Source of the DNA: a virus
Taxonomy: Duplodnaviria; Caudoviricetes
Length of the DNA stretch: 64,000 nucleotides
Reading direction: 5' to 3' (one strand)
Virus record (IMG/VR): IMGVR_UViG_3300005201_000042
Coordinates: 22,116 to 86,115 of that record
This document shows positions 37,489 through 46,752 of the stretch, in pieces. The notes beneath the pieces were generated by a model, which did not search any database, was not told the DNA's origin, and saw only the letters and a list, made by a program, of their open reading frames with translations. Position 1 is the stretch's first letter. The number at the start of each line of letters is the position of its first letter. Made by a program: the position numbers and the translations under genes.

Positions 37489-39671
37489 GTGACTTTTTAA
37501 CGCATTTCAGGTCTTTTTTCTCTGATGAGGAGCGGGAGTCAGAGCTTTACAAGATTCTAGCCACCATTGGTGTAAATACTGAAAAAACAATTTTAGAAGA
37601 ATTAAATGCTGAGGTACGCAGATCTTCTGAGGCTTCTATGTTTTCAGAAAACAAATTAAGGAGCTGGCTTGCTTTTTTCTTAACCCCTGTACGGAATGCT
37701 GTTTCTGCTACTGGTTTTGGTCGTGTTGTTCTTAACTCTATGAAAGATAGTAAAGATAATCTTGCTACTGTTTCTAAAGGGGCTATTTTAATAGGGCGAA
37801 ATGGTAAGGAGTATCAAATACAGAATGATCTTACCTTAGATTTAGGTTGTTCTACTCCATTCTCTTTTGTTCAGGGTACCGAGGTGGTTCTTGACCAGCC
37901 TTATTCAGAGTTTATTGCTATTCCTCTTGGGAGTAGTATGGTTGATCTGTCTTACACGAAGGTTTCATATTCAGGGGTTAGTGGGAGTGGTGTTATTCCT
38001 CAGGTAGCTACTTTTCCTTCTTACCCAAAAGATTTAGAAGAAGTTTTCCCTGATGTTAATGCTGCAGTTCATAATTTTGCAGGCGGTGTTGTAGGTTATA
38101 CTTCTCTGTGGAATCCTTTATTAAAGAGTATGAAGTCACTGTGGGATGCTGTGGTAGGTGTTAGTGTTCGTCCACGTTCTGGTTTTTTTCCTTTTATTTT
38201 TAATAATACTTTATATATAAAGATTTTTCCAGGTGGAAACTCTGGTGATGTAGACTATGTTCCTTTTCCAGAAGGTCAAACTGTACATATTTCATATTTG
38301 ATTTCAGATGGGGCAGCTGGTAATCTTTCTCAAAACGAGTTGATGTCTTTTAGTGGAGACAGCAGTCCTAAAACTGAAGATAATGTGGACGTAGATGTCA
38401 CTCTTTATAATGACGAAGCTATAAGTGGTGTTAATCCTCCCATCCAATCAGAATTAGTGAATAAACTAAGACAGCATTTCTTTGCATCTACTCACATTTC
38501 GTCTATTCCAGAGTACTCTGCGTGGTTCTTATCTCAGGCAGGTATTGGTGATTGTTTAGTTGTTTCTGATTTTGAACGTTGGCGGTTATCTAATAGGAAG
38601 GATTTTACTGGTTTTGACTTGACTGGAGCTATGAGTGTTTATCTGGTACATGACAATGGTACTATTGTTATTCCTAGAACTCCGGCTGGTTATATTCCTT
38701 TTATAACCAATATAAACAACAGGCTAGTTTCTCTTATGGATGCTGCTTTCTTAGAATACAAGGAGCCTCGAGTATTCTGGCATTATTTTGTAGTTCAGTT
38801 CAGAGCGGTTTCATCTGAGGTTGCTTTTATAGAACACGTGAAGGCGGCTTTACGAGATTTGTATTCTATTTTGTGGGTTCGGCAGAGTGGTTCCTCTCTA
38901 TTTAGAGATTTAGACATGAATTTAATTACGGATGCCGTTAAGGGAAATTTTGATGTTTCTGGTCTTAGGATTACTCCTTATCATTATTACGAGTATGTGT
39001 CTTCTCGTTTTGTTGGGGTTATTTCGGAAGGTTCTGAGGGTGAAGGTTCTGAGGGTGAAGGTTCTGAGGGTGAAGGTTCTGAGGGTGAAGGTTCTAAGTT
39101 TATGGTTTCAATCCCAATTTATTATGGAGAGAAGCCAGGGGGTTGGTACGAGTACTGGGAGGTTAATTCCGAAGGAGAGCTAGGGCATTATGAAAGGGTT
39201 AACGGTCTTTTAGATTTTAAAAACGGGGTTATTGACGAGGCTAATTTTATCCCAGGTTCTCCTTATGGTATCTATAAGGAGTTTATTGAACTTGGAGGGA
39301 ATGCTTGTAAGATATACCGTTACGAGGCAAGATTACTTTCTGAGGGTGACCCCTCTGCTGGCTGGGATTGGTCATCTTTATATCTTGATCCAAATCCTTT
39401 TGAGGCTGGGGTTAGGAAAAATGACAGTGTTACTTTTAATATCTGGAATTTGGCTCCAGGTGTTTTGAGGTGTTTTTGGGGAATAGCTAATGAGGGGTTA
39501 GTTCCTGTTGGGAATAACTTGTCTTCTGATTTTGGTATTAGGAAGCTTCCTAATATAATAGAGGTCTCTCAAGGTGGGAGTTTGTATGTTGGAGCTATTC
39601 CTTCTACTGGACATCTTCCTTCTGGGACAACTTACTTTGGGGATTCAGTACGTTTTGAAAAATATTCTTAA
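37485..39671 (+). CDS. Baseplate wedge protein (gp6/gpJ-like)
   Basis: NAVSATG, FVQGT, ISYLISDGAAGN, EAISGVNP...EL, PEY..W; 728 aa. Confidence 0.7.
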   Translation: MSDFLTHFRSFFSDEERESELYKILATIGVNTEKTILEELNAEVRRSSEASMFSENKLRSWLAFFLTPVRNAVSATGFGRVVLNSMKDSKDNLATVSKGAILIGRNGKEYQIQNDLTLDLGCSTPFSFVQGTEVVLDQPYSEFIAIPLGSSMVDLSYTKVSYSGVSGSGVIPQVATFPSYPKDLEEVFPDVNAAVHNFAGGVVGYTSLWNPLLKSMKSLWDAVVGVSVRPRSGFFPFIFNNTLYIKIFPGGNSGDVDYVPFPEGQTVHISYLISDGAAGNLSQNELMSFSGDSSPKTEDNVDVDVTLYNDEAISGVNPPIQSELVNKLRQHFFASTHISSIPEYSAWFLSQAGIGDCLVVSDFERWRLSNRKDFTGFDLTGAMSVYLVHDNGTIVIPRTPAGYIPFITNINNRLVSLMDAAFLEYKEPRVFWHYFVVQFRAVSSEVAFIEHVKAALRDLYSILWVRQSGSSLFRDLDMNLITDAVKGNFDVSGLRITPYHYYEYVSSRFVGVISEGSEGEGSEGEGSEGEGSEGEGSKFMVSIPIYYGEKPGGWYEYWEVNSEGELGHYERVNGLLDFKNGVIDEANFIPGSPYGIYKEFIELGGNACKIYRYEARLLSEGDPSAGWDWSSLYLDPNPFEAGVRKNDSVTFNIWNLAPGVLRCFWGIANEGLVPVGNNLSSDFGIRKLPNIIEVSQGGSLYVGAIPSTGHLPSGTTYFGDSVRFEKYS
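39027..39095 (+). repeat. Perfect 15-bp tandem repeat (GAAGGTTCTGAGGGT x4.6) encoding EGSEG
   Basis: Four identical units plus 9 nt. Confidence 0.95.
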
Positions 39672-40287
39672 TTTTGAAAGAAACATTGAAAAATATGTGT
39701 TAAAAAATACTCCTTCAAATCTTCCTGTAATATCTAAATATGTTGAATGTTACATGAAGGCGATGTTTAGGTCTGAGCTTATCAATCAGTCTCTTAATAA
39801 TTTAGAAGCTTGTTTTGGTGATGGTTTAGAGTCTTCTCAAGTTTTTGATAATGGTAAAAATGAATATGTAGAGACTTGGTCTGAGGGGGATTGTACACAC
39901 TTTATTTTAAAAGATTTTTGTTCTATTGTAGGTTTTACTTACAAGCCAGAGTATAAAGAGGCTATCTTACGGTCATTTAATTTCAAAGGTATTCAATTTT
40001 ATAGGTGGTTATTTTCTACATACTTAGAGGTTCCTATTCTCGATATTTATGTATCAAGGAGTGTTGAGGAGACAAGTTGGTCTGTTACCGATCCAGAAGA
40101 TAAGTCAGCTTTCACAGATATTCCAGGAGCTTTCACGGATCTTTCTGTTCGTGGTTTCACATTGTTGAATATTATGTTTAGATCAAGAGATAAGGAAAAG
40201 GTTTTTACAAAGTTGAATAAATACAAGGATCTTTTTTCTATGGTTTTACCTGCACGTTTCTTTGTGAATTTTTTCTTTGGTGCTTAA
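39574..40287 (+). CDS. Probable baseplate wedge partner (gp7/gpI-like); start likely near 39670
   Basis: FNFKGIQFYRWLF (cf. KGT..GI) and terminal LPARF. Confidence 0.5.
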   Translation: MGVCMLELFLLLDIFLLGQLTLGIQYVLKNILNFERNIEKYVLKNTPSNLPVISKYVECYMKAMFRSELINQSLNNLEACFGDGLESSQVFDNGKNEYVETWSEGDCTHFILKDFCSIVGFTYKPEYKEAILRSFNFKGIQFYRWLFSTYLEVPILDIYVSRSVEETSWSVTDPEDKSAFTDIPGAFTDLSVRGFTLLNIMFRSRDKEKVFTKLNKYKDLFSMVLPARFFVNFFFGA

Positions 40288-40311
40288 ATAGTATTGTTTT
40301 ACATATATAGT

Positions 40312-42075
40312 ATGGCATTAGAGATTGTTTATAAGTTTCACACTCCTTTAGAGAGTCACTTACTTTCAAAGCCTTTTTTTGCCACATCTCACGAGGGCTG
40401 GGTTTATGAGCCTACTTTCAGATCAAATGGTGGGGATATATTTCTTTCAAACCTTTCTTTTTTTTACGCTGGTCGAGAGGTTTTGGGTTATGATGACGAA
40501 TTTGCTACTCAACGTCTTTTTCATGTCACCTATCCAGAAGGTCTCTCTTATTCAGATCTTTCTCCAAGTAATCCTCCTGTTGCTATCGGGTTTTGTTTTC
40601 CTTATATGTTTGATAGAGATCAGCTAATTTCTAACTCCTTATTTTATTTGCTTAAAGAAGAAGACTTCCCTTTTAATGGTTTTATTTTAGGCAGGCTTTA
40701 TCATGATGGTTCTAAGTGGTGTTTTTCTACGGGCTGTACTGATTTTGCAGATAGGTATTTCATTGATAATAGTTTAACTAGTCTTCGGGTAGCGGAAAAG
40801 CCGCTAAGAGGTGACTCTTATACTCCTTTTTGTCCTCATTTTTTTCTTAAGCATTATAACTCTGTTACAGAGTCTTCTCTTATCCTACTTCCCCACGTTA
40901 ATGGTGACTTAGTCACTACAAAGGTACTTTCTTCTGAGGGTGTTTTCCTAGAAGATCCTGTAGAGGACAATTACTATGCACTTGGTTATCGTGGGGTGGT
41001 TTCTGGGGATAAGGGCTTAGAAGATAGCTACGAGATACCATTTGAAGTTTTAGGTTCGGGGGAGACTCAAGAAGAAGCTCTAAAGGCTTGTTTAGATCCT
41101 GTGTCTGGTTTATTTAACGTGCCTATAGCTTTAGTTAAGTGGTCTTTATCAGAAAGCGAGATAATTCACTTCTCTAAGATTAATTGTCTTCCCTCTTCTC
41201 GATCAAGTTTTCTTATTGCTGTCTTAAGAGACTCCGATTTAGCAATTTCCCAAAATAAAATAGCAGAAGGTTATCCGGAGCCTTCAAAAAACAGCCTTGT
41301 GTACGTAGTTTTTACTAATGGTAATTTAAATCCTGCTATGAAGTTGAATATTCGTTTGGGGTCTTCAGGAGGTTATTTAAGGAATGTTATTTTTAACGAC
41401 ACAGCCAGTAATCCAGGTTTGTTTAATCCAGGCGATGTTGTTTTATTTCATTTTGATGGCGAGTCATACACTCAATTGTTGTCAACCAGTTTTCAAGCTC
41501 GAACTATTGCTTCAGAGGACTCAGGTAGGTTGTTAACTGGTGGTGAGGATGACGGTTCATTTGGGGAGTCTCTTCCTGTAGTTTCTAATATAGACGACAA
41601 TTCTGCTGATATGGCTATCCCTAATGTTGAGGCTATTAAAAATTATATTACTGAGTTTGCTTTTAAGAAGATATATCCACCAGGTGCTATTTATATGACT
41701 ACGACGCCTATTCCAGATTTAAATGATTTCTTAGGTTGTCGATGGGAGCCATGGGGACAAGGTCGTGTTCCCATTGGTGTTGGTGTTGGCGTAGCTAACT
41801 CTTCTTCTGGTCTTCACGCTATTGGGATACCTGTTGCTCCAACTATTTCAGAAGCGAATACGAGGGGTGGGGCTGCTACACATACGTTGACTGTGGCAGA
41901 AATGCCAAGTCATTCCCACTCTCTAGTACGTGTACATCAGTCTAGTTCTGGCTATGATGGTTTGTCTTATTTTGGTCTTCGGGGTAGCGGATCTACAGGC
42001 TCTGCAGGTGGTGGTGGTGCACATAATAATATCCAACCATATGTATCATGTTATATGTATAAGAGATTAGCTTAA
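40312..42075 (+). CDS. Baseplate/short-fibre protein with gp10-like C-terminal domain
   Basis: IYPPGAIY...WEPWGQGRVPIG...GGAATHTLTVAEMPSHSH...AHNNIQPY..YMYKRLA. Confidence 0.75.
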   Translation: MALEIVYKFHTPLESHLLSKPFFATSHEGWVYEPTFRSNGGDIFLSNLSFFYAGREVLGYDDEFATQRLFHVTYPEGLSYSDLSPSNPPVAIGFCFPYMFDRDQLISNSLFYLLKEEDFPFNGFILGRLYHDGSKWCFSTGCTDFADRYFIDNSLTSLRVAEKPLRGDSYTPFCPHFFLKHYNSVTESSLILLPHVNGDLVTTKVLSSEGVFLEDPVEDNYYALGYRGVVSGDKGLEDSYEIPFEVLGSGETQEEALKACLDPVSGLFNVPIALVKWSLSESEIIHFSKINCLPSSRSSFLIAVLRDSDLAISQNKIAEGYPEPSKNSLVYVVFTNGNLNPAMKLNIRLGSSGGYLRNVIFNDTASNPGLFNPGDVVLFHFDGESYTQLLSTSFQARTIASEDSGRLLTGGEDDGSFGESLPVVSNIDDNSADMAIPNVEAIKNYITEFAFKKIYPPGAIYMTTTPIPDLNDFLGCRWEPWGQGRVPIGVGVGVANSSSGLHAIGIPVAPTISEANTRGGAATHTLTVAEMPSHSHSLVRVHQSSSGYDGLSYFGLRGSGSTGSAGGGGAHNNIQPYVSCYMYKRLA

Positions 42076-42230
42076 TTAGAGGTGTTTTATGAATATTTCA
42101 ACATCAATAGATTTTTCCTTATCTGTTAAGTCTATGTCTTATATGATCGTAGTAGAATTCTTTGGTAGTGGGTTGTCTATTTCTGAAGAGGAGGTTCTAC
42201 TCCGTATAGAGATAATAAGGAGGTCAGAAA

Positions 42231-42584
42231 ATGATCCAGTTGTTGCGGAGTCCTATTGAGGGTGGTTCTGTTGTAATTCGGTTATCTTTTAGGGATTTAA
42301 CCGGTTGTAATTACGAACCTTTAGATGGTTCTGTTAATTTTTCTCTATATGCTCAACATACATCTGGGGATACATGGGAGATAGTAAATAACAAACATGA
42401 GACTCCTCTTGAGTCTGCATCTGTAGTTGATATTATCCTTCAAGGTGACGATTTAGTTTTACTTCCAGATTGCACAACGAAACGCCGAGTAATTGTTAAT
42501 TGGTTATACTTACGCAATGGTGAGGAGACAATAGGGAGGGACATGGTAGATTTCTCTGTCACTCCACTTCCTGTGCTGGCGTAA
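42231..42584 (+). CDS. Hypothetical beta-rich protein
   Basis: GGAGG RBS; 117 aa. Confidence 0.6.
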   Translation: MIQLLRSPIEGGSVVIRLSFRDLTGCNYEPLDGSVNFSLYAQHTSGDTWEIVNNKHETPLESASVVDIILQGDDLVLLPDCTTKRRVIVNWLYLRNGEETIGRDMVDFSVTPLPVLA

Positions 42585-42593
42585 GAGGTTACA

Positions 42594-42749
42594 ATGAGAA
42601 ATAGTTATACACCCTTGCATTCCAACAGCAAACATCGTATAATGAGTTCAACATCTGGTTTTGAGCATGCAAATGATATTGTAGGGTTGAAGAAGTCTCT
42701 CTCAACTTACTTTTCTAGGTTAATGGGGGTGTATTATGTACAAGAATGA
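42594..42749 (+). CDS. 51-aa mini-gene whose 5' end duplicates the protease promoter-linker
   Basis: Read manually: MRNSYTPLHSNSKHRIMSS...; GAGGT RBS. Confidence 0.5.
   Translation: MRNSYTPLHSNSKHRIMSSTSGFEHANDIVGLKKSLSTYFSRLMGVYYVQE
42605..42643 (+). promoter_or_regulatory. Class I promoter
   Basis: TTATACACCC-TTGCAT-N17-TATAAT. Confidence 0.75.
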
Positions 42750-42930
42750 TAAAAGACCTCTAACTCCAGAGACTGCACGGGAAGTGGATGAATACTTAGA
42801 TTCCCAAGGTTACTTTGAGAGTATAATGAAAAAGGCTTATCCCAAGAAGCAATCCTCACACAGTATTTCTGCTTCTTTTAAAAAGGATTTAGAGAGATTT
42901 ATTGCTTCTCATGAGTTAAAAAAGAGTTGA
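42736..42930 (+). CDS. Small hypothetical protein
   Basis: 64 aa ORF. Confidence 0.55.
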   Translation: MYKNDKRPLTPETAREVDEYLDSQGYFESIMKKAYPKKQSSHSISASFKKDLERFIASHELKKS

Positions 42931-42957
42931 ATACTTTAAGGGTTGTAATGTCTAATC

Positions 42958-42968
42958 TTTCGTATAAG
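42958..42968 (+). promoter_or_regulatory. Class II motif TTTCGTATAAG
   Basis: 5 nt before the exonuclease ATG. Confidence 0.65.
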
Positions 42969-42973
42969 GCTGT

Positions 42974-43927
42974 ATGGGAGTTCCTATTGCCTTAGTTGAC
43001 TTATCATGGGTTTTATACAAATTTCGTTTTTATTATAAGAATCAATGTCGGCATCTTTCTGATGGTAAACTACTACCTACTGGTCATGTTTACGGAACTA
43101 TACACATTATTCACGAGTTAGCTAAACATTATAAAGCTGTAGTTCTTTGTGTGGACTCTCATGCACCTCACCGTTATGAGGCTCTCCCAAACTACAAGGC
43201 TGGTCGGCACGCTTCCACTGGTGATCCTTATGAAGACTACAAAATAATGACTGATCTTATGAACACTCTGAAAATATGTGTTTTTGATAAGAACGTGTGG
43301 TACATAAAGCATGAAGGTATGGAGTCAGACGATATAATAGCTTCTTGGATTGCTACTGCTGGGGATAAATGGGACTTGCATTGTTACTTTAACGATAACG
43401 ATATTTTACAGACTAAGGGAAATTACCATTGGTTCAAGTCTTTTAACGAGCCTGAGGTTGACCGCAGAGCATATATTAAAGAGAAGTACGGTGTTGATTT
43501 GGATTACCTGCCTGTGTGGTACAAGGTGGTTCGGGGTGATTCCAGTGATGGCGTTCCTGCTTCTATCCCACGGTTTCCTACTAAGAAGCTGGTTTCTATT
43601 TGTGAGGAATCAGACAGAGATTGTTTTGCTGGTAATGGTTGGTTTTATCGGGGGAATTGGTTTTTGGAGCAAACAGGCTTAATTCCAGACGAGTATCATT
43701 ATGTTGTACCTGAATCTGCACAGGTTCCTTCAATAAAGTCTGTCTCTGTGGAAGAGTCCATGAAGCTTAAATGTATGATAGATACTATCACACGAAATCT
43801 GGTTGTGGTCTCTCCACGCATTTTAGACATATCTGAGTTTAAGTTAAAGCGTTTGGAGATGTCTTATGCAGAGGGTCAGGAGTTGCTTGCATATTATGAG
43901 ATTACTGATTTTGTTCTGGGAGGCTAG
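42974..43927 (+). CDS. 5'-3' exonuclease/flap endonuclease (PolI N-terminal/T4 RNase H-like)
   Basis: LVDLS, VLCVD, RYE..PNYKAGR, ESDDIIA, NDNDILQ, RGDSSDG. Confidence 0.88.
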   Translation: MGVPIALVDLSWVLYKFRFYYKNQCRHLSDGKLLPTGHVYGTIHIIHELAKHYKAVVLCVDSHAPHRYEALPNYKAGRHASTGDPYEDYKIMTDLMNTLKICVFDKNVWYIKHEGMESDDIIASWIATAGDKWDLHCYFNDNDILQTKGNYHWFKSFNEPEVDRRAYIKEKYGVDLDYLPVWYKVVRGDSSDGVPASIPRFPTKKLVSICEESDRDCFAGNGWFYRGNWFLEQTGLIPDEYHYVVPESAQVPSIKSVSVEESMKLKCMIDTITRNLVVVSPRILDISEFKLKRLEMSYAEGQELLAYYEITDFVLGG

Positions 43928-43932
43928 TCTTA

Positions 43933-44184
43933 ATGTTGATGGACACTAAAGGCTTTGTCTGGCGTTATAACAGGTTCACTGGTTCTTTAGAGAAGTCTTT
44001 TCAACGTAATTTTTCATGGGAGTGGAGTCTGCTATGTCAGAGACCTTTCCCATTTAACAACAATACGGTAGAGGTAAAGCAAGCTAGAGGGTTTAAAAGT
44101 CTAAAAGGTGGGACTCGTTCTACAAAGTCCTTAAAGAGAAAGACAAGAGCTTCTAAAGCTAAGGTGATGATACATGATAAGTGA
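43933..44184 (+). CDS. Small basic hypothetical protein
   Basis: 83 aa ORF. Confidence 0.45.
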   Translation: MLMDTKGFVWRYNRFTGSLEKSFQRNFSWEWSLLCQRPFPFNNNTVEVKQARGFKSLKGGTRSTKSLKRKTRASKAKVMIHDK

Positions 44185-44187
44185 AAC

Positions 44188-44226
44188 TTATACACCCTTG
44201 TTTTCAGTGTTCTTCTCCCGTACAAT
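44188..44226 (+). promoter_or_regulatory. Class I promoter
   Basis: TTATACACCC-TTGTTT-N17-TACAAT; ATG 5 nt downstream. Confidence 0.7.
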
Positions 44227-44231
44227 GTCTT

Positions 44232-44945
44232 ATGGTTAACGAAGAAGCCAAGCTAAGCAGAATCTCTTTAAACTCTGTTCGTATTGAAAACATGCATCTT
44301 GCTGTTTCTGGTTATGTTTATATGTTGGTGAAGTGTGGCAATGTTTGGTCTGTTCGGTGGGTGGATGGCGTTGAGAAGGGTAAGATTCCTTATATTTTAG
44401 CTAATAGATTTGAAACTGGGGGGGATGGAGTTGTTAGTCGAGATGTTGCTTATGCTAGGCTTATGAAGTTTGGGGTTTGTAAAGATGACTTAGGTTGTTG
44501 GGAAATTGCTGGTATAGATATGGATAACGATATTTTGTACTTAAATTCCAAATTAGTTCATAGTTCTTCTAAGAGAAAGGAGGTTAAGGGCTTGTTTGAT
44601 TTTATTACCAATATGGCTAAAATGTCCAAGAGGTTTGGTAGTGGTGAGTTGAGAATGCATTTTTTGGGGGATGGTGAGAGGGACGAGGATAATAAACCCC
44701 ATCTTCACTTTAAAGTGGGTCAGCAATCTTTGGCTTCTATTGCAGTGGACTCCAGTGACATTATAAAAGGTGAGTTACCTAGAAATTATAGAAAGGATAT
44801 TTTAAGGTGTATTGAAGAAAATCGTTTGTATTACAAATTCTGTTGGGATTTTTTAACTAAGCAAAAAATGTTCACCAACGAGTATGCTGGGAGAGAGCCA
44901 GAGTTTACAGAACGATTACGCAGGGACAACCCTAATATAAGGTAG
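44232..44945 (+). CDS. Two-domain protein with C-terminal DUF4160-like domain
   Basis: E...PHLHF...ASIAV...IIKGELP...W pattern after a VHSS linker. Confidence 0.55.
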   Translation: MVNEEAKLSRISLNSVRIENMHLAVSGYVYMLVKCGNVWSVRWVDGVEKGKIPYILANRFETGGDGVVSRDVAYARLMKFGVCKDDLGCWEIAGIDMDNDILYLNSKLVHSSSKRKEVKGLFDFITNMAKMSKRFGSGELRMHFLGDGERDEDNKPHLHFKVGQQSLASIAVDSSDIIKGELPRNYRKDILRCIEENRLYYKFCWDFLTKQKMFTNEYAGREPEFTERLRRDNPNIR

Positions 44946-44951
44946 CTAATC

Positions 44952-44961
44952 TTCGTATATG
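44952..44961 (+). promoter_or_regulatory. Class II variant TTCGTATATG
   Basis: 7 nt before the helicase ATG. Confidence 0.55.
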
Positions 44962-44968
44962 AACGGTA

Positions 44969-46636
44969 ATGGTTCCAGCAAATATAAAGAGTTTTAACTC
45001 CTTTCAAACTTCTTTTATTAAATGGGCAGTCAATAAACGGGCAATGCTGTTACAAAGCCCACCAGGAGCAGGAAAAAGCATAGCTTCTATGGGTTTGTTT
45101 CTTTTCCTTCGCCAACAACTTGGTGCTGGTAAGATGCTGGTTGTTACTGCTAAGAAAAACGCAGACGCTTTCAAGAAGGCGAATATAAAAAAGCTATTAC
45201 TTTTAACTTTATTTTCTAAGGAAGACACAGCAGTTTTATATAATGGTTATGATTTTCCTGCCGATATCTATATCATTTCCAACACTCTGCTTACTTCTAT
45301 TGTTAGTAATGGTAACGATGTTCAAAAAAGAGCTTTAACCGAGCTTCTTAAAAAGACAACTGTACTTTGTATTGATGAGATTCACGGTTATCGGAGTTAT
45401 GACTCCGCACGAACGAAGGCAATGAAGAAGGTTACGGATTATTATCATCGGTTGATTGTAAGAGACCCTCAAGCTCATAGGTTAATTGGTATAACTGCCA
45501 CTCCTATCTTTAAAGAGATTGATAATCTTCACCCTCTGTTTAGTCTGCTCTGTTCTCCCAACCCTTTAGGTACATGGAGGAGCTTTTTGGCTAATTATTG
45601 TGTGGTAAAAGAACAAGCCGCTTACGGTAGGAAAAAGGTTTACTCTGGGGCTGGTAGTCATTCATTCCGAGCCGCTGTTTCTTTTAATAAAATTGTTGGT
45701 TATAAGAATCTCTCTCAACTTCACAGTATTGTAGATCCTTTTATCTTTGTTTGGAATGAGACTGATTTTACTTTTAACTTCAATCTACACTATTATTCTC
45801 TTTTGCCTAGTGAGATGGAATCTTATAAGGCTAATCTCAAAGGCTTGGGTTTAGATAAAACTTACGCTATTGATTTAGAGGTTAACGGTGAGCATCTCTG
45901 GGCTTACCGTAATAAGTCAGATACATTCTATCTGCCAGATCGAAGGCAGGTACGAACGGACTGTTTATCTCTTGGGCTTAACCTTTTGTATGATAATAAA
46001 CCTGCTGTTGTAAAGGGAATCTATGAGAAAACTATAGCCTCTACCAACTTTGCCACGAGAGCAGTAAAAGCCCAGCAGTGTAATTCCAGGGCGGTTAATA
46101 AACTAGCTGTGATTACGGAGTTGGTCAAGAGTCAGGACATAGGTGTCTTGATTTACTTTAACTTTCTGGAGTCAGTGGAAGCCGCCAAGAAACATTTAAT
46201 GCAGGCTTTCCCCACTCGGAGGGTTGTTGTTTTAACTGGGGGTACCCAAAGGTTTAATCAGGTAGTGTCATCTATTGGAAAGAATGACATTGTTTTAATG
46301 AGTTCGGTTGCCTCTCAATCGTTAGATATGTATATTCCCAGGTTAATTATTGCTGAGTGCTTTGGTTTAACGCCAGGGAAGATTGAGCAGCTGGTTGGTC
46401 GTATGACAAGGGAGAATGCAGAATATCGGTCTGTGGATGTGTCTATTGTGTTAAGGCAGGGGGACAATGTGGAGACCTATTTTTACGAGAAGTTGAGGCA
46501 TCGGTTACGCACGGCTAAGACAAATGTGTTTGTTACGAAGGATAGTCTCCCTGCCTCTGCTTCCATTGCAGGTATGCCAGAACATTTAATTGACGAGGAT
46601 TATTTAAAGAAGCGGTTACTTTGGAATTTGTCGTAG
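44969..46636 (+). CDS. Superfamily 2 (SNF2-like) helicase
   Basis: PGAGKS, DEIH, TATP, QLVGRMTR motifs. Confidence 0.85.
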   Translation: MVPANIKSFNSFQTSFIKWAVNKRAMLLQSPPGAGKSIASMGLFLFLRQQLGAGKMLVVTAKKNADAFKKANIKKLLLLTLFSKEDTAVLYNGYDFPADIYIISNTLLTSIVSNGNDVQKRALTELLKKTTVLCIDEIHGYRSYDSARTKAMKKVTDYYHRLIVRDPQAHRLIGITATPIFKEIDNLHPLFSLLCSPNPLGTWRSFLANYCVVKEQAAYGRKKVYSGAGSHSFRAAVSFNKIVGYKNLSQLHSIVDPFIFVWNETDFTFNFNLHYYSLLPSEMESYKANLKGLGLDKTYAIDLEVNGEHLWAYRNKSDTFYLPDRRQVRTDCLSLGLNLLYDNKPAVVKGIYEKTIASTNFATRAVKAQQCNSRAVNKLAVITELVKSQDIGVLIYFNFLESVEAAKKHLMQAFPTRRVVVLTGGTQRFNQVVSSIGKNDIVLMSSVASQSLDMYIPRLIIAECFGLTPGKIEQLVGRMTRENAEYRSVDVSIVLRQGDNVETYFYEKLRHRLRTAKTNVFVTKDSLPASASIAGMPEHLIDEDYLKKRLLWNLS

Positions 46637-46752
46637 ATGGTTAAAGGAGGTTAAAATGCACCTTTATTTAAGCGAGGATGAAACTAATTTTCTTTTGGAT
46701 GTTTTAAGAGATTCAAACTATAAGTTAGAGAATACACCAGATTGTAAGCTTT

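Noticed and set aside
38210-38217. TTTATATA inside the baseplate wedge gene
   Set aside because: No downstream start or domain boundary; an AT-rich 8-mer is expected occasionally by chance.
39027-39095. Tandem repeat as a CRISPR array
   Set aside because: No spacers; in-frame coding repeat. No repeat-spacer array or cas gene was recognised in the window.
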